Below, piece by piece: positions 43,064 to 46,804 of a DNA stretch of 46,804 bases. How positions within the stretch are numbered: the stretch's first letter is position 1; the number at the start of each line of letters is the position of its first letter. The stretch is from contig CALHBU010000385.1 in the NCBI GenBank assembly GCA_937930655.1, positions 1-46,804 of the forward strand, in the 5' to 3' direction. Below the pieces are notes generated by a model. It was not told the origin of the DNA, did not search any database, and saw only the letters and a list, made by a program, of their open reading frames with translations. Position numbers and translations under genes: made by a program. This stretch comes from an uncultured Acidimicrobiales bacterium. GTDB taxonomy: Bacteria > Actinomycetota > Acidimicrobiia > Acidimicrobiales > SZUA-35.

Positions 43064-45166
43064 GTGGAAGCAGTTCCCTATCTCGCCCTGGCGTCGGCCG
43101 TAGCCGCCCTGGGCCTTGCCTATTTCTTCTTTGCTGACGTGAAGAAGGCCAGCCCCGGAAACGAGCGCATGGTCTTCCTCATGACGGAGATCCAAAACGG
43201 CGCCAAAGCCTTTCTGACCCAGGAGTACACCTGGGTCGGTGCATTTGGTGTCGTTATGGCTGTTCTCATTGCAGCTGTCATCGCTCCTCTCGCCGCTGTC
43301 GCCTACATCCTTGGCGCTTTCCTCTCGGCCCTGGCCGGCTACGTCGGTATGACGGTGGCCACTATGGCCAACGCTCGTACCACCGAAGCGGCCAAGGACG
43401 GCCCGGGCAAAGCGCTGCCAATCGCCTTCCGAGGTGGCGCCGTGATGGGCTTCTCCGTCGCCGGTCTGGCCCTCGGCGGCCTGATGATCGTCTACGTGCT
43501 CTTCGTGCTTGTCATGAAGGTCGATGATGCCTTCGAGGTAGTCACTGCCTACGGCCTCGGCGCTTCCACAATTGCGCTCTTCAGTCGTGTGGGTGGCGGT
43601 ATCTACACCAAGGCCGCCGATGTCGGCGCCGACCTGGTCGGCAAGGTCGAAGCAGGGATCCCCGAAGACGATCCCCGCAACCCGGCCACCATCGCCGACA
43701 ACGTCGGTGACAACGTCGGCGACGTCGCCGGTATGGGCGCCGACCTCTTCGAGTCGTACGCCGGCTCGATCATCGCCCCCATCTCCCTCGTTGCTTTCGC
43801 TCTGGCCCTTACCGCCGAAGAAGCAACAGCCACGACCAACATCTCGCTTCTGATGTTCCCCGTCGGCATCGCCTTCGTGGGCATGTTGGCCTCGATCGTT
43901 GGCTCGTTCCTGGTCAAGGGCGGCGCATCCACCGACTCCAAGGCGCTTTCCAAGGCCCTTCACATGGGCACCAACGTGGCCATGGGAATTACCGTCATCG
44001 CCACTATCGGTATTGCCATGTGGCTCTTCGGCAGCAACGAGGACTTCGACCAGCCCATCGGGCTCGCCATCAGCGTCATCGGTGGCCTCATCGTCGGTTG
44101 GGCGCTTGGCAAGACGGCCGAGTACTACACCAGCGATCACTTCGGTCCGGTCAAGAAGATCGCCGAGCAGACCAACACCGGCCCAGCCACCACCATTCTT
44201 GGTGGCATCTCGGCCGGCATGGTCTCTGTCGCTGCCTCGGTCGTTCTCATCGTCGTCGGTATCGGCATCGCCTTCTACGGCGGCGAGATGGCCTTCGACA
44301 ACATCGGCGCCCTCGACGGCGGTATCTACGGCATCGCCGTTGCTGCCATCGGCATGCTGGCCACCACCGGCGTCGTCGTCTCGGTCGACGCCTACGGGCC
44401 AATCGCCGATAACGCGGGCGGTATCGCCGAAATGGCCGAACTCGATCCATCGGTTCGGGAAGTTACCGATGCGCTCGACTCGCTCGGTAATACCACCGCT
44501 GCTGTCGCCAAGGGCTTCGCCGTTGGCTCCGCTGCTCTCACCGCATTGGCCCTGTTCAAGAGCTTCGAGTTCGCAGTAGCCAAGGCATCGGCTGGCGAGG
44601 TCGTCCTCGACCTCGATATCGGCAACGTCGACGTCTTTGTCGGTCTCTTCCTCGGTGCCATGCTGCCGTTCCTTTTCGCAGCGCTCACCATCGACGCTGT
44701 CGGTCGGGCCGCTCAGGCCATGATCGTCGAGGTTCGTCGTCAGTTCGCCGAGATTCCTGGTCTTCGTGAAGGCAAGCCGGGCGTCAACCCCGACTCGGCC
44801 CGCTGCGTCAAGATCTCGACCGACGCCTCGCTCAAGGAAATGATCATTCCTGGTGCCCTCGCCGTGATCGTGCCGCTCGTTGTTGGCTTCGTCGACATCG
44901 ACGCTCTTGGTGGCCTGCTTGCGGGCTCACTCGTCACCGGTTTCGCCCTGGCCATCTTCATGGCCAACGCTGGTGGTGCCTGGGACAACGCCAAGAAGTA
45001 CATCGAAGCTGGAGCCCACGGTGGCAAGGGCTCGGACAACCACAAGGCCGCCGTTGTCGGCGACACCGTCGGCGATCCTTTCAAGGACACCTCCGGTCCA
45101 GCCATGAACATTCTTCTGAAGGTCATGACCATCGTCAGCCTCGTGTTCGCTAGCGCCTTCGTCTAG
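43064..45166 (+). CDS. hppA: membrane-bound proton-translocating pyrophosphatase
   Basis: 700 aa, polytopic, with GGIYTKAADVGADLVGKVE, DNVGDNVGDVAGMGADLFESY and GDTVGDPFKDTSGP. The GTG start is preceded by GAGGAGAG. Confidence 0.95.
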   Translation: MEAVPYLALASAVAALGLAYFFFADVKKASPGNERMVFLMTEIQNGAKAFLTQEYTWVGAFGVVMAVLIAAVIAPLAAVAYILGAFLSALAGYVGMTVATMANARTTEAAKDGPGKALPIAFRGGAVMGFSVAGLALGGLMIVYVLFVLVMKVDDAFEVVTAYGLGASTIALFSRVGGGIYTKAADVGADLVGKVEAGIPEDDPRNPATIADNVGDNVGDVAGMGADLFESYAGSIIAPISLVAFALALTAEEATATTNISLLMFPVGIAFVGMLASIVGSFLVKGGASTDSKALSKALHMGTNVAMGITVIATIGIAMWLFGSNEDFDQPIGLAISVIGGLIVGWALGKTAEYYTSDHFGPVKKIAEQTNTGPATTILGGISAGMVSVAASVVLIVVGIGIAFYGGEMAFDNIGALDGGIYGIAVAAIGMLATTGVVVSVDAYGPIADNAGGIAEMAELDPSVREVTDALDSLGNTTAAVAKGFAVGSAALTALALFKSFEFAVAKASAGEVVLDLDIGNVDVFVGLFLGAMLPFLFAALTIDAVGRAAQAMIVEVRRQFAEIPGLREGKPGVNPDSARCVKISTDASLKEMIIPGALAVIVPLVVGFVDIDALGGLLAGSLVTGFALAIFMANAGGAWDNAKKYIEAGAHGGKGSDNHKAAVVGDTVGDPFKDTSGPAMNILLKVMTIVSLVFASAFV

Positions 45167-45182
45167 TGGAAGACTGACGGCT

Positions 45183-46094
45183 GTGACCGTCCGCAAACTC
45201 ACCAGCACCGACGCTTTCGTCGTTGTCGATATCCCAGACACACCGGCTACCGGTGTTGTTCGCTCCGCTCGCAAAATTCTGCAAGGAGGCGCAAAGGACC
45301 TGGCCCGGTCGGCCAGTTACTCCTTTGCGGCCTTCGAGATGCAGCGCAGTGGAGCGTCAGCTGGCATCAATGCCGAGGGCGAGGCAGTGGCAGACGCCAT
45401 CGCCGCCTTTGCAACCGAACTCAGCCCAGACGCCGAGACTGGTGCACTGCACCTCGATCCGGCAAAGGGCGTCGATCCTTCGCTCCTCGCTCCCCTCGCA
45501 GCGGCGGCTACGGGCCGAAACAATGCGGCCGACCCAACCAAGATTGCCGCAGCTGGCGTGGTGGCGGCCACCAGTTGGGCTCTGGATGGCCTCGATGGTC
45601 GTTCGGTGGCAATAGAAGGCAGCGGCCCCATACCGGAAGCCATAGCTGCGGAGATCGTGGCTGCGGGTGGCTCCATCGTCGATGTCGATGGTGTCAAAGA
45701 GAAGCCGTGGATGATCTGGGGTGCCGACGCCGATGCGGTCCTGGCCGGTTCCAAAGCCGGCACCCTCACCCACCAGGGGGCGCCTTTCGTAAAAGCCAAG
45801 GCCATCGTGCCATGGGGACCAATCCCGGTCACGGCAAAGGCCTTTGCCATGCTTACCCGAGCCGACGTGCAGGTCCTCCCCGACTTCGTCTCGGCTGCCG
45901 GCAGCTTGTTGGCCGGCTATCTCGAGGGCGATGCCGACGCAGTGCATTCGTCGGTAGTCGAACGGATCTCCTCAGTTCTGGCTGAGGGGGCATCCCACGA
46001 AGCGGGTGTGCTGCTCGGCTGCTGTCACAAGGCCGAAGCCTTCCTTGCCTCCTGGACCGATGTTCGCCTCTTTGGTCGCCCGCTGGCGTCCTAG
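45183..46094 (+). CDS. short, divergent Glu/Leu/Phe/Val dehydrogenase-like protein
   Basis: 303 aa. It has a Rossmann motif (VAIEGSGPIPEAIAAEIVAAGG) and a C-terminal VLPDFVSAAGSLL that resembles the (Y)APDYVINAGG block of Leu/Val dehydrogenases. The N-terminal catalytic region is shortened. Confidence 0.55.
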   Translation: MTVRKLTSTDAFVVVDIPDTPATGVVRSARKILQGGAKDLARSASYSFAAFEMQRSGASAGINAEGEAVADAIAAFATELSPDAETGALHLDPAKGVDPSLLAPLAAAATGRNNAADPTKIAAAGVVAATSWALDGLDGRSVAIEGSGPIPEAIAAEIVAAGGSIVDVDGVKEKPWMIWGADADAVLAGSKAGTLTHQGAPFVKAKAIVPWGPIPVTAKAFAMLTRADVQVLPDFVSAAGSLLAGYLEGDADAVHSSVVERISSVLAEGASHEAGVLLGCCHKAEAFLASWTDVRLFGRPLAS

Positions 46095-46789
46095 GGGCCG
46101 ACCTGATCGGTGTATTCCGCGGAAGACACCACATGCTCCAGGTAAGGCAGCCGGCCGAGCCGGTCAACAACATCCAGCCACTCGTCCACCTCGCTGGCGG
46201 TTGGCTGGCGACCCAGCAACCCACGGGTGAGCACGGTGATTTCGGAATGGGCGCCTGATGTGTCGAGGTGCTCGGGCGACTCGGAGAACAGCAACAGCAG
46301 CCGTCCCCTATCGAGGCCGGTCCGTAGCTGCCCGATCCAGTAATCCAAGCCGCCCTGATCGGGCTGGCGACCCAGGACCCGTTGGTAGGTGGCGGTGATG
46401 AAGGCTTGATCGGAAACGGTGGCTCCGTCCTCGAACTCTGACGCTCGGGCGAACTGGAGGGCAATGCGTTCGAGGGTCGCTCCGCCGCGAAGCTGGGCGA
46501 TCCAGTAGTCGAGACCGCCGGCATCGGGCGGCCGGTTGAAGAAACCTAGGTACAGGCGAACGATCTGCCGTTGCCGATGGACGTCGAGTTCGTCGGCCAG
46601 CTGATTCAGCATTGAGACGAGGTTGCCTTCCGACGCCCGAGTGCGTGCGGCCCAGGTGGTTTGCTCAGTGATGGTGGGTGGCCGGCCGAGGAGTTGCTGA
46701 AAGGACTGAGAGACGAAACTCTCTGCGGTCGCGAACGGGGGTAGCTCGAGTGGTCGAACCTCTGCGCTGAGTTCGGACTGGGGGCTCAC
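46091..46789 (-). CDS. DUF4214 repeat protein (5' end possibly beyond the window)
   Basis: Several units of the type Y..LGRxPDxGGLDYWIxQLRxG...FxxSxEF. The frame upstream of the GTG at 46789 stays open to 46804, so the gene may be N-terminally truncated by the window edge. Confidence 0.75.
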   Translation of the reverse strand: MSPQSELSAEVRPLELPPFATAESFVSQSFQQLLGRPPTITEQTTWAARTRASEGNLVSMLNQLADELDVHRQRQIVRLYLGFFNRPPDAGGLDYWIAQLRGGATLERIALQFARASEFEDGATVSDQAFITATYQRVLGRQPDQGGLDYWIGQLRTGLDRGRLLLLFSESPEHLDTSGAHSEITVLTRGLLGRQPTASEVDEWLDVVDRLGRLPYLEHVVSSAEYTDQVGP

Positions 46790-46804
46790 GCCGGCTGCCG
46801 TCCT

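Noticed and set aside
42974-44140. 388-aa minus-strand ORF overlapping hppA
   Set aside because: It lies entirely antisense to a textbook H+-pyrophosphatase. Its composition is Gly/Asp/His/Arg-rich with no recognisable motifs, which is typical of a shadow ORF in high-GC DNA.

Overview
High-GC, very gene-dense chromosomal core segment with about 49 protein-coding genes. I could not recognise any rRNA, tRNA, CRISPR array, transposase or integrase. Gene content suggests an actinobacterium, possibly Acidimicrobiia; this is inference only. The supporting genes are a fused CofG/CofH-type FO synthase (FbiC), a conservon cvnABCD cassette, DUF3151, Holin-X-like small membrane proteins and a membrane H+-pyrophosphatase. 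Frequent GTG/TTG starts and many 1-10 nt start/stop overlaps fit the same picture.

Left to right the window carries:
- three overlapping small membrane-protein genes;
- a stand-alone Lon-N domain gene and PBP4;
- a repeat-bearing lipoprotein;
- TetR back-to-back with a small ORF and a FIST sensor;
- tkt-tal;
- an AlkB-like dioxygenase;
- hxlR-fbiC-LOG;
- a Cys-rich protein coupled to a ClC-CBS channel;
- rnd;
- the mobA-DUF3151-patatin-pyk chain;
- a histidine phosphatase;
- ACAD and a flavin reductase;
- a decayed DUF4214 remnant;
- a SirB1/transglutaminase-like gene with an enoyl-CoA hydratase;
- GDPD, GGT, a crotonase and DUF5522;
- a small ORF with an alpha/beta hydrolase;
- a nitroreductase;
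- conservon cvnDCBA with a divergent DUF4388 gene;
- gltDB;
- an M18 aminopeptidase;
- hppA;
- a divergent Glu/Leu/Phe/Val-dehydrogenase-like protein;
- a DUF4214 repeat protein.

Most of this is ordinary housekeeping, and I cannot demonstrate a clear-cut novel system from sequence alone. The best candidates for something under-described are:
1. the conservon with DUF4388 and a nitroreductase;
2. the TetR / small protein / FIST unit, which has almost no intergenic DNA;
3. a promoter plus terminator-like leader (attenuator or sRNA candidate) upstream of the DUF5522-crotonase operon;
4. the hxlR-fbiC-LOG co-transcribed unit;
5. the Cys-rich protein / ClC pair;
6. a dehydrogenase-like protein that seems to lack the catalytic lysines.

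All family assignments come from by-eye motif recognition and need profile searches.
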